Shown here: positions 34,861-47,345 of the stretch, one piece after another | Layout: each line of letters starts with the position of its first letter | Numbering within the stretch: position 1 is the first letter of the stretch | Source: Schizochytrium sp. TIO01 | Taxonomy: Eukaryota; Protista; Bigyra: Labyrinthulomycetes | Assembly (NCBI GenBank): GCA_004764695.1 | Contig: SMSO01000019.1 | Location: forward strand, 1-64,000 | Length of the DNA stretch: 64,000 nt | Direction of reading: 5' to 3' | Notes under the pieces: model-generated | Seen by the model: the letters and a program-made list of their open reading frames with translations, nothing else | What the model was told of the DNA's origin: nothing | The model's database searches: none | Position numbers and translations under genes: made by a program

Positions 34861-35159
34861 ATTTCCCTTAGGATAGCTATAACTCGTGTAGAGTTTCATC
34901 AGGTAAAGCGAATGATTAGAGGCATTGGGGACGAAATGTCCTCGACCTATTCTCAAACTTTAAATGGGTGAGAACATGCGGTTGCTTGAGTGAACTGCGT
35001 GATTGAATCTGAGTTATTAGTGGGGCCATCTCTGGTAAGCAGAGCTGGCGATGCGGGATGATCCGAACGCACAGTTAAAGTGCCAGAATGTTCGCTCATG
35101 AGATCCCACAAAAGGTGTTGGTTCATCTAGACAGCAGGACGGTGGCCATGGAAGTCGGA

Positions 35160-35195
<36 letters not shown>

Positions 35196-36084
35196 TGGAT
35201 TAGCCCTGAAAATGGATGGCGCTTCAGCGATCTACTTATACTGTGCCATCTTGAATGTTTATATTATTTCAGGATGAGTAGGAGGGCGTGGGGGTTATGT
35301 GTTGAAGCGTTTGGTGTGAACCTGCGTGGAACGGCCTCTAGTGCAGATCTTGGTGGTAGTAGCAAGTATACAAGAGAGATCCTTGTAGACTGAAGTGGGG
35401 AAAGGTTTCGCGTGAACAGCAATTGGACGCGAGTGAGTCGGTCCTAAGCATGGCCTGAGATGGTGGAATGGATGATTGTTTTGTTTACAGATCAATCCGC
35501 GTGCGAAAGGGAATTGCGTTAATATTCGCAAACCAGAGGTTAGTGTTTAATGCGGTAACGCTAGCGCTGTTTGGAGACGTTGGCGAGCATCCCGGGAAGA
35601 GTTCTCTTTTCTTTTTAATTCTTTCTTTAATTAATCACCCCGGAAGTCCTTTGCGGAGCGAGGGGGCGATTGAAGAAGCAGAGCAGCCCAGTTTTGGGGT
35701 TGTCCGGTGCATGTTCGACGGCCCGTGAAAATCCAAAGGGCGGCATCATTTTGCCTCTGGCCGTACTGATAACCGCAACAGGTCTCCAAGATGAAAAGTC
35801 TCTAGTCAATAGAAGAATATAGATAAGGGAAGTCGGCAAAATAGATTCGTAACTTTGGGATAAGAATTGGCTCTGAGGGTGTGGTTGTTTGGCGGTTGGG
35901 GTGTGTTTGTGTGGGACGGCCTACATGTGTTGAGCAATCGATGCGTGGTCGGGCTGACCTGTCTTTTACATTCTAATCATTAACCAGGCAACGCTTAAAC
36001 ACCGACTCAGAACTGGAGCGATCAAGGGGAATCCGACTGTTTAATTAAAACAAAGCATTGCGATGGTCGGAAACGATGTTGACG

Positions 36085-36117
<33 letters not shown>

Positions 36118-36135
36118 TCGTGAAGTAATTCAAAA

Positions 36136-36200
<65 letters not shown>

Positions 36201-36201
36201 C

Positions 36202-36235
<34 letters not shown>

Positions 36236-36247
36236 ACTGTCCCTATT

Positions 36248-36288
<41 letters not shown>

Positions 36289-36297
36289 GAATCAGCG

Positions 36298-36332
<35 letters not shown>

Positions 36333-36700
36333 TGACATTGTGAAATGTCATGTGAGGTGTAGAATAGGCGGGAGCTACTTGTAGCAACCTTGAAATACCG
36401 CCACTCACATCGACGTTTTACTTATATCGTCACAGTGTGACTTGAATGTTGATAAAGCATTCAAGTTCTGGTACATAAGTTCTTGGAACAATCACCGCGA
36501 TAGAAATTGTCAGGTGGGGAGTTTGGCTGGGGCGGCACATCTGTTAGAAGAGAACACAGGTGTCCTAAGGAGAGCTCCGTGAGAACAGAAATCTCACTTA
36601 GCGCAAAAGGGTAAAAGCTCTCTTGATTTTGATTTTCAGTGTGAATACAAACTGTGAAAGCATGGCCTATCGATCCTTTAGTGTTTTAGAATTTCAAGCT

Positions 36701-36743
<43 letters not shown>

Positions 36744-36766
36744 AGCCAAGCGTTCATAGCGACGTT

Positions 36767-36800
<34 letters not shown>

Positions 36801-36845
36801 CTGCGCTTGCAGAAGGGCGCAATGGTCGGATTGTTCACCCGTTAA

Positions 36846-36901
<56 letters not shown>

Positions 36902-37281
36902 ATGAAGTTGTTGTCGTACCAGTAGTTCAGGTTAGTACGAGAGGAACCTTTGGACCGCATCATTGGTAACGCGGTTGTCTGAAAAGTCAATGCCGCAAAG
37001 CTATCATGCGTTCGTTCAGGGCTGAACGCCTCTAAGTCCGAAACGATGCTGAAGGCGATGATATTACATGCTTGATTAGTTACTACGAGTATCTATACAG
37101 TAATTTTTGTAAACCGATTGAAACCAGTGCTGTCAAAATCAGCGCTTTCTCTCATCACAATTTCAACGAATCAAGCAAGAGATCCTTTGTAGACGACTTA
37201 GCTTGGACGGGGTACTGTAAGCATGAGAGTAGGCCTTGCCCTACGATCTGCTGAGGTTTGGCCTTCGTTCCGTTGATCTGT
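33926..37281 (+). rRNA. 28S: 28S rRNA
   Basis: acctgctgaatttaagcatat, gaggaaaagaaacc, cccgtcttgaaacacgg, sarcin-ricin loop agtacgagaggaac; ends approximate. Confidence 0.97.
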
Positions 37282-38163
37282 TATGCCTAAAACAGGTATA
37301 TTTTTCTTTTCTTTTTTTCATTTTATTTTATTGTTGGTGACTCCCGGGGAGAATGGATTTGTTTGAGATGATTTTAGAAGTTCTTTTTGATATTATACAA
37401 GGGCAGGGAACGAAGGTTAGTAGATTGCTAGAGGAAACAATAGGCTATTTTGAAATGAGAACTTGTGAGGTGAGAAGTGGATTATGGGTGCTGCAGAGAG
37501 TATGCTACGGAAAGGTGGGGCGTTGGAGTTGGATAGTATATTATTGGGAAGGTGATTAGGAGGGATAGAATTTAAATAAAGAAACACAATTGTGACGAAG
37601 TAGAAAGGGAGTTTCATTAGTTCTTGCTATATTCTATACAAATAAGTAAGGAACTGGTGGAGCTCCCTTTTTTATTTGTCAGAGGTTTTGTTTTTAAAAT
37701 AATTTCGTTAAGCGACCCCTGGCAAGATCTAGACGAAGCTTGGAAAAGTAATCTTGGTTAGCATGTTCTTGAATCAAAGGAAACCGTTATCGGAAGTTCG
37801 TTTATGTGTGGTGAGAATCGTAGCAAGATTTTTATACCACGTGAATTAGGAGTGTCAAAACACTGGTATTCTTTCTTAGGAATCTCAGTTTGCCCAACGA
37901 TAGTGCGTGTTACGCTTGGGTTGGGTTCGATCGCCTCAATCGGGTGATCCTATTTAATAATGATAGTTTTATCTGATATTTTCTCAAAACCGTGGTCTAA
38001 GTTAAGCTGGAAACAAACTCCACAAACCAGTCGCAATTTTGTTACTGCGAAATGATAATTAATTGTGCCAAAGGAAATTGGGGTTACTAAACTTCAACTT
38101 ATGTTGTGGAGTTATTGTTTGAGATGTTAATCTTGTATTATTGGGCCGTCAGTAGTCCATTGA

Positions 38164-38243
38164 GCTGTGATGACCGAGCGGTTAAGGTGCCACGTTTAGG
38201 CCGTAGTCCGAAAAAAGCGTGGATTCGAGTCCCACTCACAGTA
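38164..38243 (+). pseudogene. trnL: tRNA-Leu(TAG), probably pseudogenised
   Basis: GCTGTGA/TCACAGT acceptor stem, anticodon loop TT-TAG-GC, TTCGAGT T-loop, but with mismatches in the anticodon stem (CCACG/CGTAG) and T stem (GTGGA/CCCAC) and an unpaired variable arm. Confidence 0.65.
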
Positions 38244-38338
38244 GAAGATTAAGAATAAGCTTTGGAAGCTTCAAAGGCTGTCATTGTTAAACATTTAGTT
38301 AAAATGTGGTTTTACGCAACCTGCTGGTGTAAATTCAA

Positions 38339-38409
38339 GCTTTCGTAGTTCAATGGTAGAACGTCACGTTGTGGCCGTGACGACCGTGGTTCGATTCCGC
38401 GCGAAGGCA
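38339..38409 (+). tRNA. trnH: tRNA-His(GTG)
   Basis: Full cloverleaf: GCTTTCG/CGAAGGC, GTTC/GAAC, TCACG-TTGTGGC-CGTGA, CGTGG-TTCGATT-CCGCG. Confidence 0.92.
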
Positions 38410-39177
38410 CTCACCTCAAGATTAGTGAGGTTAACATTTTTGTTGGTTTCTTTTCATACTGATACGCTTCATATCTTACGGTGTATTTTACTTAAAAGAG
38501 GGTACTTGATATACAAGTTCAATGAATGAAAGTTCAGTTCATTTTTTAATGATTGTTTTTTCATACTGACAACTGATGTATCAATATTTTTAATGAATTT
38601 TTCAAAATGGAAAAGCTATCCTTCAATGCTTGCTAGCTTGCAAACCAAAGGAGAGGAGACTGTAGAGTGTCTTCCCGAATACTGTCTGGCTGATTATGTT
38701 GGGATTTGGAATTCTAGGTATTATACATGTATCCCCGGTTAGATCTACACTGTTGCAAGGCATCGCTGATTATAAGCTAAACGTTCTTTGGCAGTTCTTT
38801 CCTTGGCACTTGTTGAAGGCCTCTTCATTTTTATCATAATAATTCTATGATTTTGATTTCTACAATTTAAATAATCGGTTCTATTTTTCCTCGGACGTTT
38901 GAATTACAGTTATACGTTTGAGTATACACAGTTTCAAAGTAAGGCCTTGATGATTTGCTGTAAAAGTAGTGCTGTGCTGTTTAAAACAATAACCTTTTAA
39001 GAGAACATGGAGAATCGATTAGCTTACAAATAAATTTCACAAAAATATAAACAGGAATTTGGCTACTTCCTGTACGAGTTTCCGTGGCTTTGCTTTAGTA
39101 AGACTGAAACGCAGGTCAAGCATCTGATCCCACAGTTACTTTCCCTAAAACAAAAAGAAATACACTTTGGGTTCCAG

Positions 39178-39251
39178 AATCTCCGGCGGGACTTGAACCC
39201 ACGATCTCCTGATTCGTAGTCAGGCACCTTATCCAACTTGGCCACGGAGAC
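39178..39251 (-). tRNA. trnR: tRNA-Arg(ACG)
   Basis: Reverse complement GTCTCCG TGGCCAAGTTGGATAAGGT G CCTGA-CTACGAA-TCAGG AGATC GTGGG-TTCAAGT-CCCGC CGGAGAT. Confidence 0.9.
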
Positions 39252-40771
39252 AACTTGCTAGGTTGGAAGTGAGACTTGTTGCTGTCAAGAATATGTTTTC
39301 CTCACACTGTACCCTGACCCTTGGGGGAACTTTATTGTACAAAAGTTTAAAGCTGACCGTTACTTTAAGCAAAATCAAATTTACATATTGGCATAAATGA
39401 TTTGCACAAGGATCAAACGCTTGAAGCACATTTTAGCTAACGACCCTTTTGCCCTCTACAAGGCTCGTGGGCGTGAAGAAGCGAGCCACTGCGCAATGAT
39501 TGATTGAGAGTTCTCTTTAAATATAATAAAGTTTTTCACTTGAAGGTTTATTTAATACCCCTTTTCTTGTAAATTGAAACTAATATTATGATAGAATTCT
39601 CATTTTTTATTTATTTTTTAAAGAAAAGAGGTAAACTTAATTTAATAAAATGAAAGTGAAGAAAAAAAACTTCAAACTTAAACGAATGGAATTGATCTTC
39701 ATTTTAAAACCGAAGAGCGGGGTCCGAATAAAGCGATTCGTACATTCATAAATTGGTCATTACAGATGTGTCAAATTGTTGAAGTGGAAAGAGAAAGTCA
39801 CCCAATACGGTGAAGTTGACCTTACCTCAAGTTTACTGCAATGCCAGGTATCCCAAGATATCTGTTACGACAACATGTGGAGAAACGATGGTGATGAAGG
39901 TGTGTAGTAGAAAGGAATTCATGCTGCTTTGAATAATTGAAACATGAAGATACTCATGAGGCTAGAACCTTTGCGATCTAAAATAGACGCGTTTAAATCG
40001 AAATGGCCTCTCAGATTTGTTGGCCGCACTATGCCCAATGGTTACTGTGTATTGTATAATTGGATGCGACGCTTTATGCAGCACCACATCGTCATTATAC
40101 TCTTCGATTTGGAATAACTGTATATTTAGATGATAACGATACTTTAAAAAATAATTTAATTGAAGAAATATATTAAGACAAATTAAATCAAAATTTATAG
40201 TTTCAATTATATTTAAAAACTTATTTCAATAAATTTCTTTATTTTAGTTTAAATTAATTTTTATTTTTATTTAAAGTGGTTTCTAACACTAATCATTCTA
40301 TTAATAGCAAAGTGAATTCGTGAAGCATATCAAGATGCCGTTTCCCATCGAGAGTATTCATTGCAACGCTTTTCAACGTCAAAGACATATGTTCTCCTGC
40401 AACGTATTCTTCGCGGTACCTCTTGGCATGAAGACATCGTATTCGCGTGGATTGCTTGTTCCCATCTTACGGTCATTAACTACACGATCAACAATTACAT
40501 CACAAATTGTATACAAGGTGTTACTAATGCATAATGGATACTTCGTTGTTTTGAGCATAGTAATACGTAATGTACAAGAATAAAAACGTCCACTAGCGTT
40601 TGATCGATTATATTATTGTTTTGCTTCAAGCTTGGAAAGAAATGAACATTCAGATAGTCTAGATTTATTGCTTGAATTAAATGAAGCACCATCTCTCAGT
40701 GGTCCTTTCACATGAATCTTGCAAGAACAAGACAATTTTCATTTCCTTCTCGTAAAGGACTGAAATATATT

Positions 40772-40964
40772 TGTATTGCAGAGTAGCCTGTGCTGTGAAG
40801 CGTGGAGAGGTAGTCTGACAAGGATGACGAACTCAGGAGAAAGAGAGAGAGGATGATATATGAGTTATCGGGGTTTCAGGTCTGTATACAGGCAGGGTAA
40901 ATGTGTGGATAGGAGAGCTTGGTTAGGTTAGGTTAGGTTAGACAGTAGCTGTATATTACTTCAA
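40772..40964 (-). repeat. Second copy of the 1404-1634 repeat, containing a short (TTAGG)n telomere-like tract at ~40919-40941
   Basis: Reverse-complement match to 1404-1634; ttggttaggttaggttaggttag. Confidence 0.75.
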
Positions 40965-41079
40965 TAATTTGTAAACGTCGGAATTTACTGTGTGAGATCT
41001 TCCAGCCTCGGTAACTTCATCACACTTGCCATAATAATTTAACTCCTTGTAGATATTTGAAACATTTCTTTACCACTTA

Positions 41080-43290
41080 ACTAATCTACAAGAGATGTTT
41101 TACTTTTCTCTATCAGCAAGAGTACTGATAAGCATGGAATGGATGCAGTTTTAAAATAGTTCAAGGTACGATCTAAAAACAAACAAAACACCAAAAACTC
41201 ATTGTTTACTATTAAATTAAACTTTTTATATTGAAAAGTTAAATATTTTAAACCTAAAGTAAAAGTTTAACTAAAACAAAACAATTTTATTTTCTGTTTT
41301 AATACATTTTTGTTTTAAATCTTTATAAGTTTAAAAGAGTTTAAACTTTTTATTTTGAAAAGTTAAATATTTTAAACCTAAAGTAAAAGTTTAATTAAAA
41401 CAAAACAATTTTATTTTTATATTCTGTTCTAATACATTTTTGTTTTTAATCTTTAAAAGTTAAAAGGAGTAAAAGTATTTGCAATGGCAAATTTGAAGTG
41501 ACAGAAGTTATTGATGTAGCCTGAATGAAATCTTTGAGAGACTTACCGAGTCTTAACGAGTTTGCTGCTGTACGAAATAGAGCATTTTCAGATAAAGGGT
41601 TGCACAATAGTATAGGCGCAGCTACTTAGACAGGTTACAAGCCGACTTGCTGTGTAGAAGCTCAATCCAAATGAAGCATTGGTGCGTGAACTTTCCGAAA
41701 CCCATATTTTTTTAGCTCGTTAAGCATTTTCAAATTGGTCATAAAGCTGTCCAACGTTGTTTGCTGCAACATGCCTTCTAAGAATCACGTTTGTCTTTAA
41801 ACTTTCATGCTCAGAGCACTCTGCAGTATGGTGATGATGTAGATTTGTTTGACGAGAGGGCTCTGTCGAACAAAGAAATTATCAAAATTGTGTTTCCTTA
41901 GAGAGTAGACCTTTTGCATGACCTCATTTATTAAAACAAACATTATCGGGGTCATTTCGCGAATGTTTTGGGCAGCCGCAACAAAGTCAAGCTTTCGTTT
42001 TGCTGAGTCTTGTTTTAAAAGTTTTAAAAAAGGTTGTTTTTGTTGGAGGCAAACTCAGGTAAAAAACACTAAAATATTGTACGTTCGATGAAGGCAAGTA
42101 ATACAAATTTCCATAAGACTCTGAATCAACAATCATGTACTATATACGAATGCTTCCCAGCGTAATAGCAGAACTTAACAGCATGCCTGTATGGATTAGA
42201 ATATTTATTAAAAACGATATCATGGAGCTTGGTGGAAACGACAGAACACCACAAAATATTTCTAAATAGATTCACGGGCGTTCGAAATACGATATGTTGC
42301 AGCTTTTTCCAAGCAAGTCCTTTGGCAACCAGAAATACTAGTCAAATGTGTGGTAAGTACGCTTCGTGCCTGCACATCAAATTACTTCGATAGCATCGAC
42401 ATAGAAAACCTGATTTGAAGGGAAAACAGTGCAATAAGGAATTGTACAAAGAATCGCGAATTGAGAACTACCACTTATTTTGTGACTAGTCCCTTTCATG
42501 GTTAAGAAAGGTCATCTGTTAATTTGGAGATGCCGCAAAGATGAACGCATAAAAGGATTTTTTATTTCGAAAACGCATTTCGTGAGATCACCCCCTAAAA
42601 TATAACGAATTTGCAACTTAATCTTTGACAGTGATGTGTTTGGGAGAAAGCTATGTGCAAAGACCCAGTGAAGGAATCGCAGGCACTCATTGGTCACAAT
42701 TGATATGCTTCAAAATACATAAAAAATTGCAGTCATCGTACGGATTCAAAAGAAAAGACGAAACTCTCTCTCCAGTTCAGAAAAGAGTAGTAGAAGATGC
42801 TGTGCGGTCAAAACATGCAATATCTTGCTTTGACGGTAGTGCAGGTAAAGTTGTTGCTGGGCGATCATTGTTCTCATTAGTATAATTACAAGTTCTAATT
42901 TATACACTAAGGTGCTGTTACTCCTAGTTAGACAATTCTTCAACCAATCTTCTAGATAGATTAAAGTATAGTCTACATGTTCGTTTCTGTAGTCAAGTTT
43001 GGGAAGAGTAAAGGGAAAAGCATCAGAACTTGAATCAAATCATAGAGGACTGCTCTAGGCGCCCCGGCCGTGAGCAGGTAGAGCATAGTGGGTGGTTCGC
43101 TTGGCCTTAGCAAAGATGCTGGGTTGACTACCTGCGCTTGTAGGTTGCTTCCAGTTCCTTCTGCTTTGCCTCCAAACGAACGAAGCTGTGAGATGAGATC
43201 ACATCAACCTTGGCTCTGCGAGACTTGGACGAGGCTCGAGCTCCTGCCAGCACCGCTGCTTTGGCAAGATGGGTCTCTGTCTCCGCCAGC
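41080..43290 (+). repeat. Diverged ~2.2-2.3 kb direct repeat, copy 1 (decayed coding-like sequence on minus strand)
   Basis: Colinear with 43505-45855 from atctacaagagatgttttacttttctctatcag to gacgaggctcgagctc..tttg(g/a)caag. Includes an internal ~125-bp AT-rich tandem duplication at ~41217-41465. Confidence 0.85.
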
Positions 43291-43368
43291 GAGCACAGAG
43301 TTAAGTGAGAACCTTTGTTTCTAAATTATAGAAGGTGTTTTTTATGCCTCAGAAAGGTCTGTGAAACA

Positions 43369-43373
43369 NNNNN
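43369..43373. other. Assembly gap (5 N)
   Basis: nnnnn in the sequence. Confidence 1.
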
Positions 43374-43504
43374 TCCTGTAAATGAAAACAAAGAAATGTT
43401 AAAATTATAATTTTTAATTAAAATATATTTATTAAAATAAAAGGGAATAAACTGAATTTTAGAAAATGAAAGTAATAAAAAACTTAACATTTCTTTACAG
43501 CCAA

Positions 43505-45855
43505 ACTTATCTACAAGAGATGTTTTACTTTTCTCTATCAGTAGCAGTTCTGACAATTATGGAGTGGATGCGGCTTAAAAGTAGTACAAGGTACGTTTTT
43601 GTCAAAACAACCAAAACACAAAGAACTCATTTTTAAATTTTACTTTTAGATTAAACGTTTTGTTTTGAAAATCAAATCTTTTAAACCTAAAATAAAAGTT
43701 TAACTAAAACAAAACAAAACAATTTTATTTTTACTTTCAATTTTAAAACATTCCTGTTTTTATTTAATTTATTTAAAAAAAAAAAAAAAGTTAAAAGTTG
43801 TGAAAGTATTTGCAATGGCAAATTTTTATATTGACAGAAATTATTGATGTAGCCTGAATGAGATCTTCCATATTTAAAGAGTCTAAACAATTTTGCGGTT
43901 TCACAAAATAGAGCATCTTCAGATCAAGGGTTGCACAATAGTATAGGCGCAGCTGCTTAGACATGTGACAAGCTGACTTGCTGTTTAGAAGTTCAATCCA
44001 AATGAATCATTGATGTGTAAAACTTTCCGAAACCAATATTTTTTAGCTCGTTAAGCATTTCAAATTGGTCATAAAGCTGTTCAACGTTGTTTGCTGCAGC
44101 ATGTCTTTCTAGGAATAACATTTGTCTTTCAAAGATCCATGCGCAGAACACTCGGGTGATGATGTAGATTTGTTCGACGGGTGGGCTCTGTTGTACAATC
44201 AAAATTGTGCTTCCTTAGAGAGTATACTGTTTGTATGACCTCATCTATCAAAAACATCATCGGGGCCATTTCGCGAATGTTTTGGGCAACCACAACAAAG
44301 TCCAGCTTTCGTTTTGCTGAGGCTTGCTAAAAAATAAATAAAATAGGGTTGCTTTTGCTGGAGGCAAGCTCAATTTAATTTTTTCTCAAGTGATGTACGT
44401 CCGATGAAGGCAAGTAATACAAATTTTCACAAGACTCTGAATCAACAATTAAGTACTTTATACAAAGGTTTTCCAGTGTAATAGCAGAATTCAACAGCAT
44501 GCCTTGTATGCATTAGAATATTTATTAAAAACGATATCATGGAGCTTGCTGCAAGCGGCAGAACCTACATAGAAGGAGGATTTTTGGATCTTGGTCCCTC
44601 CTTCCAGTTTTTATGTGGGTAGCTTTGGTTCATGTATATAAAACGGGTTCTATTCCTGTTCTATCCTGGGGCAGAGAAAAAATGCCTCTTATTGCTTCTA
44701 TCTTAGTGTGAGAAGCTAACTATAACAGAGAATAGGTGTTTAAAATGGAGTTAAATTACCGATGACGCTAGAGTTAATTTTCATTTTAGACGCTGTACCT
44801 GCTTTCCAGCTATCCTCCCACCCCTCCTCTGACGCAGGTTCAAAATATTTATAATAGATTCCAGAATGTTCGAAATACAAAATCCTGCAGCAATTTCGAA
44901 GCAAGTCTTCTGGCAACCGGAAATACTGGTCAAATGTGTGCGGTAAGTACGCTTCGCGCCTGCACATCAAATTACCCTTTGCTTTTCGAAAAAATCGAAA
45001 TAGATAACCTGTTTTGAAGGGGAAAACAGTGCAATAAGGAATTGCGCAAAGAATTACGAATGTGCTTATTTTGTAACTAGCCTTTTTCATGGCTAAGAAA
45101 GGTCATTTGTCAATCTGGAGATGCCACAAAGAGGAGCTCGCTCATAAAGGAAAAAAACAAAAACGCATTTTGTGAGATCACACCATAAAATATATAAAGA
45201 AGCAGCTATCGAATGATTTGCAACCTAATCTTTGACAGTGATGTGCTCGGGAGAAGGCACTTATTATTCACTGCATTTAATATGCATAGCTTAAATACTT
45301 CAAAGTTTGCAGTGATCGTACAGCTTCGAAAGAAAAGAAGAGAACCCTCTCCAACTCAGAGAAGAGTAGCAAGATGCTGCGCAATCAAAACATACAAGAT
45401 TTTGCTCTGACGTTAGTGTAGGTAAAGTAGTTGCTTGCAATCATAGTTCTCAACAGTTCTCAACAGTAGAATTGCAAGGACGCTAAGGGTTCTGTAGTCC
45501 TATTATACAAATCATCAACTAATGCTCTAGATAGATTAACTATACTCTGTATTTTTATTCTTTAACGAAGTGTGGGAAGATCAAAAGGAAAGCATCAGAA
45601 CTTGAATCAAACTGCTCTAGGCGCTCCTGCCGTGCGCAGGTAGGCCTTAGTGGGTGGTTCGCTTGGCTTTAGCAAAGATGCTGGGTTGATTACCTGCGCT
45701 TGGAGGCTATGTAGCTTCCGGTTCCCTCTACTTGGCCGCCAAACGAACGATGCTGTGACATCAGATCGCAGCAACTTTGACTCTGCGAGACTTCGACGAG
45801 GCTCGAGCTCGTGCCACCATCGCCGCTTTGACAAGCAAGGCCTCAGGTCCGCCAT
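43505..45855 (+). repeat. Diverged ~2.3 kb direct repeat, copy 2
   Basis: Colinear with 41080-43290; carries an extra ~280 bp at 44561-44841. Confidence 0.85.
44561..44841. mobile_element. Candidate MITE-like insertion
   Basis: Absent from the paralogous site (~42243-42252). Imperfect terminal inverted match GAACCTACATAGAAGGAGG vs GAACCTGCGTCAGAGGAGG (14/19). No clear target-site duplication. Confidence 0.35.
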
Positions 45856-47226
45856 CAAGGGAAATGAATGTTCTCTGCAAAAAGTAATCGATGCTGTTCA
45901 TAAGCTTGGTCAATCTCAGTATGTCACTGTTTTGCTCTTGGTTATGGGTTTGTGAAATTCGCTGCTCATTAGAGTAATAAACAATTATTCACAAATACGA
46001 GCGACTTCATAGGTGGCAAAAAAATCAAATTATCACCATATCGAGTGGTTTTAGACCTGGAGGTTGTGAGGTTTTTACTCTTATGCTCTGCACATTTTGG
46101 CCTGGATAAAAAGCCAATAAGAGACTTTTTGAAAATAAGGATTTTTGATTTTGGTTTCCTTCATGGTGTAATACCTTTCACTACACAAACAATCACCCGC
46201 AGTCACCATTGCAAATGCTTAAAGCAGGCATGAATTACGTAGTGCATTTAATTGGTTCATATGTATACGCTAGTGCTTCATATAGTTATAGAGTGTAATA
46301 ATCTCAGTGTCTTTCGCACTGTGCACGAAAAGCAATCAGCTCTAGTATATTTTGGCATTGTCCTGTAGCAACAATTACAACGGTTGTATTATATTGTTAA
46401 GTTATGGCTTTGCTTTATTGGGCTAGTTAATACGTTCCTTGTAGCAGATATATGCTAAGTACCAATACTAACTTTGGTTCAGGAAAATAAAAAGCAGAAT
46501 ATAGTAAATCACGTTGTGGCTAGAGTTGCTCCTCCAGAATCCCAGATCAATTTAGGGGGCTGTAGATTGAAGCCAGGGCCCCTGGTACCTGCCTTTGTTT
46601 CGAAATGTAGTAATTGATGGATGTCTTCAGGGAAGCTTCTGAAGATTAAATTCCTTAAATTTGCTGAAGGGTATCTTCAACTTACAACTACTGCGCTGTT
46701 ACCTTGAGAGTCCGCCACCAGGGCAAACGAAGAAGATGAAAAATGAATTCTCGGGCCAGCGAATGGCGTTTGAAATGAACAATATACATCTCGCGATTGA
46801 GAGTTGTGGTAAGCAGGAGCCCTTTTAAAAGCAAGTGTGACCTTTTCCTGTGAATCTTCTATTCAATTTACCGATATTTTTATGCGTAGTTTTCATTTGT
46901 TTCTGCAAACGTGCTTTACAGAGAATGCAACTGCTGCCCCTGACTTTCCCTAGTAGATCATTCCATTAATGCAAAGTGATTTTGTTTATTTATCTCTTTG
47001 TGCCTAATTTAGAATGCATTGCAAAAAATAGGATACATCAATTTTGTGATTCCCTATCATTTTTATTATTCAGGAATGTTTGATAGTAAGCCAACGACAT
47101 CAGTACGTATGTCAAAAATGAACAGATTAACCCCGCTTTGTGTGGAGAACTGATATCATTGCTCAATTATTAGTGATTCATATCAAAGTACCAAAAATGA
47201 TTGGTTTGGGGGGAAAAAAGGTAAAA

Positions 47227-47345
47227 AACATTCAACACCGGGGCTTCGCATGCAGTCCCCTATCATACTACTGACCCGGCCCTACGCGACTTTACTTCTC
47301 AGTGCGAATGAGATGAGGTGTTACCCGCGTGGTATGATCGAATGT
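47227..47345 (-). rRNA. 5S: 5S rRNA
   Basis: Same sequence as 22822-22940 with different flanks; oligo-T terminator and upstream TATAAA. Confidence 0.92.

Noticed and set aside
31749-37254. ORFs within the rRNA genes; group I introns in 18S/28S
   Set aside because: The ORFs are incidental. The rRNA lengths (~1.79 kb and ~3.36 kb) leave no room for introns.
37880-37950. Possible extra tRNA (GGGTTCGATC T-loop-like)
   Set aside because: I could not fold a cloverleaf; at most a remnant.
40919-40941. True telomere
   Set aside because: Only about four TTAGG units, internal, and embedded in a dispersed repeat.
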